A stretch of 64,000 nucleotides of DNA from Antedon mediterranea (taxonomy: Eukaryota; Animalia; Echinodermata): assembly GCF_964355755.1 (NCBI RefSeq), contig NC_092675.1, forward strand, positions 24,896,912-24,960,911, read 5' to 3'. The notes below the pieces were generated by a model. It saw only the letters and a program-made list of their open reading frames with translations, was not told the DNA's origin and did not search any database. The translations under genes were made by a program, and so were the position numbers. Shown one piece after another: positions 1-11,405 of the stretch; positions within the stretch are counted from its first letter, which is position 1; the number at the start of each line of letters is the position of its first letter.

Positions 1-132
1 GAAACTTGTGAACATGACACAGGTGGGTGCATAATATCAAAATATAACGCAATGTGGTGCATCTCACTAAATTAATGCACAAGCATGCCAAATGGATATA
101 CTGTACAATAACAGGAAGGAGTTGTATATTAC

Positions 133-3100
133 CTTGGCCAATCATATCAACTCCTATTGATAATCCTAAGAACTTAGATTTTGTCCAAAGATGAGCATTA
201 AATGCCATTTGTGTGTTATAGCACTCAGCATAAAATGCAGATACTACAAGAAAAAAATGATATAATATTGATTAAATCTATAATCAAAAAAGTGTAACTG
301 AAACCATGAAATAAAAAACATGAATTTCTCTAAAAATGGTGAAATACTGTTATTCAGTAGTTATAGGTAGTAGAAGCTGATGATAAGATCATGATACCAT
401 ATCAAGTCACTCTCCAGAAGATGAGAAACAAGCGAACAAAAGTTGGTGGGTAATTTTTGAAATAGTACATAAATAAAAATGTAAAGTAAAATAATCATAA
501 TATTTGTGTACAACAAAATAGGAATTTTACTTCATCTGTAATTTGAACTATCCTCTCACTGATAATAAGAAAAAGCTAATTTTTTTTTAAAACGATTATG
601 TAACACACAAAGAAATCCAACAAAATATGAAACATAGATAATTTTAGATTGATAATTATTAGTAAGAATGTATGAATAAGAGAAAGAAAGTAAAAAGGAC
701 TCACTTGGAGGGTGATGAGACACTTGTTCCCCAATAAAAGAAACTGTGTTTTTAGGAGCCCATGGAACTGGTCCATCTGTTGTTACATCATTCTAATAAA
801 GAAAAACATATTACACTATTGTGAACTATTTTGTGATCTAATTGTGATGTGGTATTTGTGTATGACATTTTTGCAATCTTTGCAACAGGTAGTCATTTGT
901 ACTGCTCAATGTGTAGCAGTAAGGTAGCCTTTCTGGCAAAATTATTCCCTTAGCAGCCAAAAAGGCGTATAAATGCTCCATTTTCTCCACTTGGGATATT
1001 TGTTCGTTTGATCGGCAACAAATGCATCCTGCATGGAAGGCCAACGCATACCAAGGCAGAATTTGTATAATTCTCTTCGTCAGATCATCTAGAGTTGTTG
1101 GGGTTAGGTTTGGGAATGTAGTGAAGATTTCAAACTAAGCCCCACCGAGTTCGGGGGAAGGTGAAGGTGAGCAGGGGAGAATGCTGAGTTTGAACCACTC
1201 ATAGGGAGGGGTTGAGTTGGCTATATGATGTAATGGGAGAGGGTGGTTACACACTCTGCAGCGGGTATCTTTTCTAGTAATATATAAAGGAAAACTGACT
1301 CTTTATAAAATATATTTTGTTACATTCTCCGATATACAATAGTTCAGGCCTTTAATATGAAATGAATTATACCTTATCTGTATTTTCGGGGTCAACATCC
1401 CAGTAACAAAGAAATGTTTCGCCAATTATTGGATTGTAGGGTTTCTTAGCAACAGATCCCTTGCGTCCTGCATGGAAGGCAGAGACATACCAACGTAGAA
1501 CTTGTATCATTCTCTCCTTTGGATCATCTAGAGTTGAGATTCTAAATGAATCAAAATAGCTAATGACGTGTGTTACCAGTGATAATCTACAGTACTGAAT
1601 ACAATAATTAACATTCTGAATTTGAATTTTGTTAAAAACCATATTCGAGTTAATTATCTAATAAATCTTTTTTCTCATACTAGTCAAGTCAATTTATTGT
1701 CATTTGTAAACATAAAAAACATTTACATTGAAATGAATTTTAACGGTTTTGGAACAACAAATAAATAAAACGAACTTAAACTATATGGTGAAACTATTCC
1801 CCAACGGACACCATCCCGGTATTTCTAGATCTGGCTTCGGGGTTGGTAAAAAACTAAGCCCCGCCGGACCCCATTCCGGTATTTCAAGGTTTCGGGGTTG
1901 GTAAAAAACTAAGCCCCACCGGACACCATTCCGGTATTTCTAGGTTTCGGGGAAGCACAAACTTAACGTAAACATGTGTCATTAATTGCACAGATTGCTG
2001 TTGTGTAGAAAGAAGAAACTGACCTATTAGTTTTTGCAAGTATCGATCTAAATTTGTTACTGTGAGACATAATTTGGAAATAAAATACAATAGAGTATTT
2101 CGGTACAAAACATGTGCGATTAAGTCTTAAGAAAAATTCTCTTACGTTGAAAAAAGATCTGGATGAGCAAAGAAGTCTGCATACATCTCTAAAGCTGATC
2201 TAGTCTCTAATATGAAGGTAGGAAGCACAACTTTGGTTAAATCCATCCCAAGGCGAACTTGTGACAGCAGATGCGTGATAACGCTTCCATGCTTCTCGCA
2301 GTCAATTACTGAAAAAAGGGGGTTAAGGGATTTAGTCATTTCATCTGTATTTCCTAATTTAAAGTGTTTGATAAAAATTATATAGAAATTTAAAATTTCT
2401 TTTGTAGAGAATAAAATTATTTTATCAAAATGTAGAATTTTTTTTTTTTTAAATAAATAAAAATAGTTACCATCATCTTCATCTTCAGATTCATCATATT
2501 TTGAGAAAGATTCTGTTCTTTCCTTTTCAGCACCATTCAGTCTTTTGGTAACTTCTTCATCACTGAAAACGATATATATATATATATACAAATAATGAAT
2601 GTTTATGAGTGCAAATGGCGCAAATAATTATATTAAATTATAATAAATATTATAATAATAGGAGGTAAAAGATGAAAGATTATATTTGATTTTTCATTTT
2701 CACAAAATGAAATTTGCCTTTACTCTCTGACTCAATCACTTTTCAATTGCTTTATATATAGATTTTTTAATCACTGTACTATAATTGTCAGAATAAAAAT
2801 TTACCTCTGATACTCATCAACATCAAAAAATTCTTCATCTTCACTACTTGAGTATGACACGGTGGGAATTAAGTCAGATCGGATCTGTGTTCTTATAGGT
2901 GATTCTATACTAGACTGCTCCATTCTTAATGGTTGGGCTGTTGCAGAATCATTTTGATGGTTACCTATAAATAACAATTTACAGATTACTGGAGTAAAAC
3001 CTTTTCATAATTTTCTTCCTTCAACCTAGTTTAAAGCTCTGTCTACACTATCAAACTTTATGCAAAAAAAAAAATTGTGATCTGCCCATATATGGACATG

Positions 3101-6100
3101 ATGATGTCGTATCACTACTATATTCAGATATATCACTACCATATTTGGGCATATCACAGACTCAGAGTCTAACACCTGAAGATTGAGGAGGTATTTTTAT
3201 CTCTCTCTGATGAAACAGTCTGTAGTGTTAATTAATATGTTGAAATATTTTTCATTTATATTGCTCTACCTCTGTATCAAGCACTCTTATTCATGATCTG
3301 GATCAAGTCTACCATGCAAATACATTATTGAGGTAGAAATTTTGCTTAAAATACCTGAGGTGGTAGATCGTCTCAATGAGCTTGGATTATCAGCAGAGCT
3401 TGCCTCATCTTCCAAATCAGACTGGATTATTCCGTTCATTGGATATAAGGTAGTCTAAACAATACAATCATAAATACAATTCATTATATACAAAATTAAA
3501 CTCTATCTAGATAGATTTCATATATGACAGATTGTTATCCCACCTCCAAAATTGTTAACTATATTTCTTGGACAGGTCGTAGGTCAAACACAGTATTATA
3601 TCAATGTCAATATTTAAAGTAATATGGTGCATGGATAAAAATTGTTTGTATATAGGCGAGTGACCTTTGAACCTTAGTGGTCTATGGTAGAATATCTATT
3701 ATATTATAATGAAGTATGTATAATGAGTAATAAAAGAAAGGTTCTTTACCTTGGCAACTTGTAAAAGTACAATAGCTTGTTTAATGGATTCTATCATATT
3801 CTAAAGAAATTAGAAATAATATTTAATCAGTAAAAATAGAAGATTAATTAATTGCTTTAAAATAAAAAATAAAAATATTTTTGAATAAAAAAGAATATTA
3901 AAAACTTTTTTATTTTGTTTTAACATCTTTTTTTGACCAACACATTGACTGAGGGGTCATTTGTGACATGTTTTTGTAATGTTAAGTTGACTGACAATAT
4001 AATATAATGTTTAATATTGCTGTCAACACGTCCCAGATGAATAACACCATGCGCAAAAGGTGATTATATCATAATTGTACGTACACTTGTGTGTCAACAT
4101 GAATTTCCACCTCAATCAAAACATTCATACGACGAGTACCAGTGCAGACAATGTGGGTGTTAACATACTGCATGTTCACTCAAATAAAAAAGTCCAGGCT
4201 AATACCTTAGCTGTTGACAGAACCTGTTCTTGATCTACATTTTCCTGATCTGTTTGTACAGTCTGCATCTTAGCTTCTAGAGATTCTGCTTGATTTATAA
4301 GTAACTGGAGGTAAGCATCAGCTTCAGTTAACTTGCGTTCAAAATCATTAATTGATGATGTATTCTTTGGTAATTTAAACTAAACAGAAAACAAAAGGTA
4401 CAAAATGTGTTTGTATTATTCTTCCTTGATTTGTAAAATAACAATTTAAATAATGGAACTTTGTAGAAAAACAAATATGTTGTAAGGGCGTGTGGCGCAG
4501 TGTGACGTTCGACTACTGATCATGAGATCGAGGTTCGAATCCAACTCTCGCCACATTGCTTGTATCCTTAGGCAAGATACTTTACTTACGTTTGCCTCTC
4601 TCCATCCAGGTGTATAAATGGGTACCCGGTTAGATCAAGACACAACTTTGCACTGATTACTAGTTGCATTATGGGAGCATGTTTCCATAGGTGTTTGATC
4701 AGGAAAAAATGACTGGGGTAATAATGTTTAGCGCTTAGAAGTTTGACAACATTAGGCGCTATATAAATCCAGGATATTATTATTATTAAATAATCATGTG
4801 TAGTTTGTTTCAATTATTATGGTGTTATTTATTCTATATATGGTTGAAAATGTTTCATAAAACATTCTAAACAAGAGTGAAAAAGTCTACTGAAAGTTAA
4901 GAAACATATTACAAATTTCATAATGGCAGAACATATAAAACTGATCGTTAAGAACATTACCTTCACCTCTAACTTTTCTCTATGTTCATCAACCGAGAAT
5001 TCTGTGGCACGATATTGCCATTTTGCAAGGTAAGCTGCAGGAAGCATGCTAATTTGCAATTGTAACTTAAAAGCTATGGCAAATATTTTTTCCAGATATG
5101 ATTTGATAAAATGAACTTGTGCAATACAATCTGAACAAGTTGACAGTCAATCAGGCTTCCATAAATTCAGTAAAAGACTTACAAAAGAACTATCAGTAAC
5201 TTATTTCAATTTGGATTCCTTTAAAAGAAAAGAGTACTTAACCACTCAAACCACGAAAGAAGTATTTTATAATACTGTAATCCACCTAGCCATAATCAAT
5301 ATGACAATAGTCAACTAACTAAAACAATTTCAAGCAAGCCTGTCAAGAAATAATGGCATTGAGTAACATTGTAGATAATTTGCTGAAAGGTTGTCAAAGA
5401 GACACTACCACAATCCTGTCTGTGTACTGGTTTATCAGTATATACAGGTGATCCATACCATACTGTCAAAATATCCAAAATGAAAGATTTCTTTGAATAA
5501 CCGAATGAAAATAACAATAGTGATGGTAGTGCATTGATACAGAGGTACAGAGGCTACTAATGAATTCATACAGTATATATCCACAAAAGGTCAGAAACAG
5601 GACCAATGAAAGGCATTGGCTAATCATATTTATGAACTCTGTACTTTTACAAATGAAGGACTCATAAAAGCTGTCATATATTAACTATTAACAAATGCAA
5701 TACCATCAAGAAAAAGATAAAATAATCACTATGGCTATATGACAAGTAGGAATGCAGAACAAGTTAAAGATACTATATTCCTGTACATTTTTCCAATCTA
5801 ATTTAAGGTCACAAACTGTATTTTATTTTAAAGTATATATATACTATGAATGAGCCTATTATTACGATCAATTGTGTTGTTTTTATGGTTAAAATGTGAT
5901 TTAAGCAGCTGGCTATGAATACCACATGCATGGATTGATATTTTTGTTATTGCTTCTGTAAATGAACAAATGGAATAACAAACTGCATGATATGCATTTA
6001 TAGAGCATATAAAATATAAACTGCATAAGAACTTTATTGAAACAGTTCACACTATAAATAATCAGCATTTTGAACAAGTTTAGCTGAGGAAAAGAGATTA

Positions 6101-9100
6101 GATATTAGCAGTAATACCTGATGCATCCAAAAAAAATTCTCATTGTGCTGTACTTACTGTACAATTATGGTAGATTAAAGCCTAGAAGTGATGGTGTTTG
6201 GCCCAAACTAATTATTGTTAAATCGCAATCTCTAGTTAGGAGACTCTAAGGAATCCATAGTTGGCGAAAATCGTTAGCATTATCAAAAATGCAAGGGGTT
6301 CTGGGTCTCGTTACTGCAGATGTCGGCAACTGCTAATCAAATAACCATTATTTTGCGTTGCATATCAATAACAAGTATTAACTGAATTAAAATGGCGAAT
6401 AATTTGGGTGCTTTTGACCATTATTTTAATGCTGCAATTTAACCAGTTACTGAAAATTTAACCTGTTTCTGATGCCAAGAAGTTGGAGTTAATTTATTTA
6501 CACGGTTACTGGTATTTAGGAGCAGAAACAGAACCTTTGATTCATCAATATGAAAGGGTTAAAAAGAGTGCAAATGCTTACCAGATATTGCTGATGTGAA
6601 TGCCTAAGAATAATATCCTCTAACGCCTTCACCCATTGACCTCTTTCATCTGAATCTCGAGCTGATAATAAATAAATAATAATATAAAATATAATTATAC
6701 TTATTGCATGAGAAAGTTATGCACTAAAGCCAATTTGATAAGTTTTAGCTATATAATCCTCACTGGCTCAAAGCACTCATCAACAATTGCTCTGGTGGTG
6801 GTAGAACTTGGTCTTTATTTTAAGGACTGGAGGTCCAGTGTACTGTACACATCTGCACTTTAAAGCCTAGGCCTAAATGCTAGTGTAGAAAGGCAAATTA
6901 GCTAAATGAAAAAGTGGGAACTAAAACTGATCTAGGCTAGTTTTGTTTTTCCACTTTTTGTATACAGTTGTCATTATTCAAAATCATGCAACGATTTAAA
7001 GCTAATTTGATGTCGGTCTGCAAAAACGTTAGTTTGTTATAATAGTGAATGTTTTTATTTGGCAAATATTGGGAGAATTCATTCATTCGTAAGAAATATC
7101 TATAGAACAAATCTTTCAATTCATGAAAATATTCTTCCTATTCAACATTTATTATTTGTATAATTACCTTGAAAATGGAACATTTTGTTGTCGCATGTGA
7201 TTGTAAATGTAGAGTCATCTTCATCATCTATACCAATCACAGCTCCCTAAAAGCAAGAAATAAAAAATCCCTAAAAAGAAAAATATCACGCTACCCTAGG
7301 CTATCCATTACAAAAGGAAATAGCTGTGCAGTTTGATAAGCATTCATACTCATAAAACTCTTTGGGTGTAAAAGAAAAGGTATTTAAAAGAAGCAACTTT
7401 GTACTGAAGAAATCAATTATCAGTAATATGAATTTTCAGCCAATTAAAAAAGAATTCAATTCAAGGTTTTTTGTATTAAGGTTGACATAATATGGTTAAA
7501 GACACCCTTAAAAATTAAAATATTTTTTTGTAAATTATACCTTCAATCTGACACAGCCTCTACGTGATCCTCTCACCATTTTTTCTTTTGACTAAAAATA
7601 AGCAAAAGAAATATTTAATAATTTATTAGTGTGGATGTAAATATCAGATGTACTACCGAAATGCACATTTTTTTCTTATATAGGCCTATTACTGTATAAC
7701 AAACAACATTTTTACATAGCAAAGTTAATGGAAAAAGCCAAAGTATCAAAATATGCTGGCCCTCGGGGAGGGATTCTCCTTCCCTCCCTTGGGGAGGATT
7801 GACTTCGCCCCAACCCCTAAAAAATAGGTTAATAGCTGAAATCCTGGCACACCACTGACTGGTATACAATACATCGTATTAAAGCACAAACATTTTTTAC
7901 GTTTCCTCGTGTATTATGACTTATATGTTCTGCATATGCGGATTGTAAGTAAGTTTTGATCGTTGACACACAAGTTACTTGTAAGTCAAGATATTGTCTA
8001 GTGTACCCAAAACGAACTAACTCAATCTTACTTTTCAACTTAAATTAATAATTGAGAGAATTTTTTTATTTTATATAGGCCTACAGTATTTACTAACATT
8101 GATATCAGCTCCTTATTTCATTTGTAAATTAAAGAAGAAATTTAAACTTTAATTATCATGTCGATGTTATGCGCGATTTGAACGATTTGCGCAATTTGAA
8201 ATTGCGCAAAAAAAATCCTTGCGCAATTTGAATTGAAACATGTGTTTCAAATTGCGCAAGCAACGTATTAAATTGCGCAAGTAATCTGCAAATTGCGCAA
8301 GGTTTTTCGACAGATTGTGAAATCATGCACACCCATATTTTTATAGTAATTTCTAAGAATGATTCAATTAATTAAACATTATCTTCATTGAAATGGTCTT
8401 ATTTATATAATAAAATACTACATTTTAAACTCCTCTGCCTAGGCCTAGCCTAGCCATGTATGGGAAAATTTACAGTTCGTTTTCAAATTGCGCAAAGGTG
8501 TCATATTGCGCAAGAACTATTTTGCGCAATTTACAAATTGTGCAGCGCAATTTAAAATTGCGCAAAGATTTTCTTGCGCAATTTGAAATTGCGCAAGTTG
8601 ATTGCGCAATTTGAAATTGCGCAAAAAAATCCTTGTGCAATTTTAAATTGCGCAAGAATTCTTTGCGCAATTTCAAATTGCGCAAGGATTTTTTTGCGCA
8701 ATTTCAAATTGCGCAAATCGTTCAAATCGCGCATAACATCGACATTAATTGAAAATTGGCAAAACTAGGAATATATAGTCATACTAAGTATAGGGGATCC
8801 GATCCCACATAATAGGCTATTAGCTAGCCTAGCTAGCTAGGCATAGTACTACTAGTACTACTGTACTTAGGCTTCACTCCAGTAGTCAGAGGGAGTAAGT
8901 AAAGTACTAATACTAGCTAGGCCTACCTAGGGCCTAACACTATAGTAGCGGCCTCTCTAGCCCAACCAACGCATAATCAATTATTATAGGCCCTACTACT
9001 CACAGTATAATATGATAAAAGGCCAGTTTCTTGGTCCAGAACAAACCATCTATATTGCCATCCTTTCATAACATTAGTCCATTTACTAAGTGGCCCCTCC

Positions 9101-9132
9101 ATTCCAAAACTAAGCACTGGAACCTCTGACAT
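133..9132 (-). CDS. OSBPL9: Oxysterol-binding protein-related protein 9 (PH + FFAT + ORD), multi-exon, 3' end beyond window start
   Basis: GT-AG exons. 9004-9132 [33 protein letters not shown]; 7541-7591 [17 protein letters not shown]; 7168-7246 [17 protein letters not shown]; ~6582-6661; ~4206-4380; ~3750-3800; ~3355-3455; ~2806-2964 with FFAT-like [12 protein letters not shown]; ~2471-2562; ~2146-2309 [16 protein letters not shown]; ~1371-1540 [12 protein letters not shown]; 707-792 with OSBP signature EQVSHHPP; ~133-242 [11 protein letters not shown]. Confidence 0.95.
1024..1097 (-). pseudogene. Diverged intronic duplicate of part of the OSBPL9 exon at 1464-1536
   Basis: Shares cctgcatggaaggc, cataccaa and gatcatctagagttg with the exon. 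Translates [23 protein letters not shown] versus [23 protein letters not shown]. Confidence 0.8.
1798..1951. repeat. ~58-62 bp tandem repeat, ~2.6 units
   Basis: Unit is cccc(a/g)ccggacaccattccggtatttc...ttcggggttggtaaaaaactaag. A fragment also occurs at ~1131-1157. Confidence 0.85.
4486..4788 (+). mobile_element. tRNA-derived SINE with L2-type tail
   Basis: A-box tggcgcagtg and B-box ggttcgaatcc. Central ccttaggcaagatac...ccaggtgtataaatgggtacc. Tail agcgcttagaa...taggcgctatataa...(tat)n. Confidence 0.85.
8165..8738. mobile_element. Non-autonomous Ginger-like DNA transposon (TGT...ACA), copy 1
   Basis: TIR tgttatgcgcgatttgaacgatttgcgcaa. 4-bp TSD TCGA at 8161-8164 and 8739-8742. About 19 TTGCGCAA palindromes. 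Confidence 0.85.
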
Positions 9133-9139
9133 CTCTTGT

Positions 9140-9330
9140 AAACTGGTTTGATGATAGTCACGCCGCCCGCCGGCCGAGCAACCAAGTAGGCCTAGCTCGC
9201 CGACCTGTACGCTCGAGAAAGGGCGCCTCTCATGGACGGCGAAAAGTATTGAAAGAACGCCCTCGTTTGTTTGAAAATTCCTTCACAAAAACACCACCAC
9301 GATCCGATAGAGATGCTGATGATGGTTTGT
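9140..9330. promoter_or_regulatory. CpG-rich putative bidirectional promoter, OSBPL9/ZDHHC6
   Basis: Local CpG enrichment and a GC box cgccgcccgcc, lying between divergent genes and flanked by TAGGCCTA-rich tracts. Confidence 0.6.
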
Positions 9331-9700
9331 ACGAATGCCTAGGCCTAGCTAGCCTAAGCGCTAAAATTAAATGTGTCTATTTATATAGGCTTTATATATG
9401 CTTATAAGCTAGCTAGGCGTTAAATGTTGACATAAGTCATACAACATGGTGTCATTTTAAAGACTATTATTTAGCCTAGCCTACCGCCCTCTCTAGTCTA
9501 GGCCTAGGCCTAGAAGTTGAACTTCTAAAAAAAATATAGATAGGGCCTAGTAGGCATAGCATAGGCCTAGGCCTACCTATTTTATTAGGCCTAGAGGGCC
9601 TAGGCCTACTCTTTTATATACATCTAGGCCTAATTATAATAGGAGAGACCTAGATCCTAGCCTACTAGGCTTAGGCCTAGTAATACTAATAGTTAGGCCT

Positions 9701-10593
9701 GGTTTCGATCCAAGTCGGCCCTAAACCGTCTCGGCCAAAGTCAAGTCGGCCTCAAGTCAAGTCGGCCTCAAGTCAAGTCGGCCTCAAGTCAACTCGGCCT
9801 CAAGTCAACTCGGCCTCAAGTCAACTCGGCCTCAAGTCAACTCGGCCTCACGTCAACTCGGCCAAAAAATAATCGGTAAACTCGGCCCCGTTAAAGTATG
9901 GAACGCAAAAAGTGCAAATGAAGGGGATTGATAAAATAATATTTCTTCACAATTTTTTAACTATAAATAATTCAGACTTTTAATGAATATTAATATTTAG
10001 ACAATAATATATTTAGCAAAAAAAATAGGAATGATTTCACCAACTTTCCTTTATTAATACGTTTAATAAAATTTTAAATTGCACAATTGAAAACAATTCG
10101 TAGCTGCGCCTCCCTGCGCCTTTGGCAGCTTTTTCGATATCTACAACTGCTACGTGTTTTCACTGACCGGGGGATTCCCCTTTTTTTTAAACGCAAATCA
10201 TGGACAAAAACGATGTACAATCATTTTTTCTATGGCCAAATGGTGGAACGTAGGCCTCCGTCTTCGATTTACTAAAATGCGGTACCTGCACGTGTTTTTG
10301 TAACACGCGGGTACTTATATTCATATTGGCAATGAGTTCATTTTTTTATATGATATTATTTAATTATATTTTTTTTTTTATTCATTTTTTTTAAAGCGTG
10401 GATAGTAAGAATCATAATAATATTAAGCACTTTTTGCATTCCATACTTTATTGTGGCCGAGTTGACCGATTAGTTTTTGGCCGAGTTGACGTGAGGCCGA
10501 GTTCACTTGGGGCCGAGTTGACTTGGGGCCGACTTGACGTGGGGCCGACTTGACTTTGGCCGAGACGGTTTAGGGCCGACTTGACCTGCACCC
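9701..10593. mobile_element. MULE/foldback-type MITE with 15-bp subterminal tandem repeats
   Basis: 9-bp TSD gttaggcct at 9692-9700 and 10594-10602. Inverted arms made of (tcaagtcaactcggcc)n, GG...CC termini. Confidence 0.85.
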
Positions 10594-11405
10594 GTTAGGC
10601 CTAGGTAGGCCTATATTATAATTTTTCCTAGAAATAAACAAATTCTAGCTGTGCAAAAAAAAAAACTGAAATCTTAAATCCATAAATATTTTTAAAAAAA
10701 ATTACAACAAATAATGTTTTTCTTAGTTTGCATATTGATTTAGCAATGAAAAAAACAAAATTTCCTGTATGTTGTATTGCATGTGATCGCAATAAAAAAC
10801 AATTCCTTTCGACGTGGGAATGCGTGAGATAATGATAAAAAACAATACTTTGTAGGTTGGTTTGAAATAAAAAACCATTAAGGGGGTTAATTAACATTGA
10901 TTATTTCATGTACAATAAATTCACATTTTCAGTGTTTTTGCATATTTTTTGCCTGTATCCAAATTTATAAAATTTACAACAACCCTCTGATCGCTGCCAC
11001 TAAACATTCCCCTTGCAACAGAGCCTTTTCAGATATTATCAAAAGCGTTTTGTTGTTTTTTAATTGGTTATTTTGGTCTGTTCCATAGATCCATTGGAGA
11101 GCAAAGTAATCTGGTTTTAAATTCAAGAACTTTAAATTAAAAATCTTTAGTCCAGACAAAAATATTGAAGATGCTGGTTGGGGTAAGTTTCTTTTTTTCA
11201 TTCCTGATTTTTAATTCTTCATTGAAGATTTAAATGACAATAACAAACAGCGATTTTTTAAATAGATATAGTTAAAATAGTATGTTTCTTCTTTTTCTGA
11301 CTTATGCATACTTTATTTATACAAACAATACTTGAAATGCTTCCAACATTTTTCATTTTTTGCAGTGACCTTGTAGAGGAAGGTAACAATCAATATCAAT
11401 CAATC

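Noticed and set aside
4486-4565. tRNA gene
   Set aside because: The cloverleaf is incomplete and the sequence continues into a SINE body and tail.
8470-8768. Overlapping ORFs with [15 protein letters not shown] repeats (also 39325-39564 and 40008-40343)
   Set aside because: They are translations of TTGCGCAA repeat arms of a TSD-flanked transposon, open on both strands by chance.
9711-9890. CRISPR-like regular repeats
   Set aside because: Contiguous 15-bp units with no spacers, mirrored at 10455-10585. These are MULE subterminal repeats in a eukaryote.
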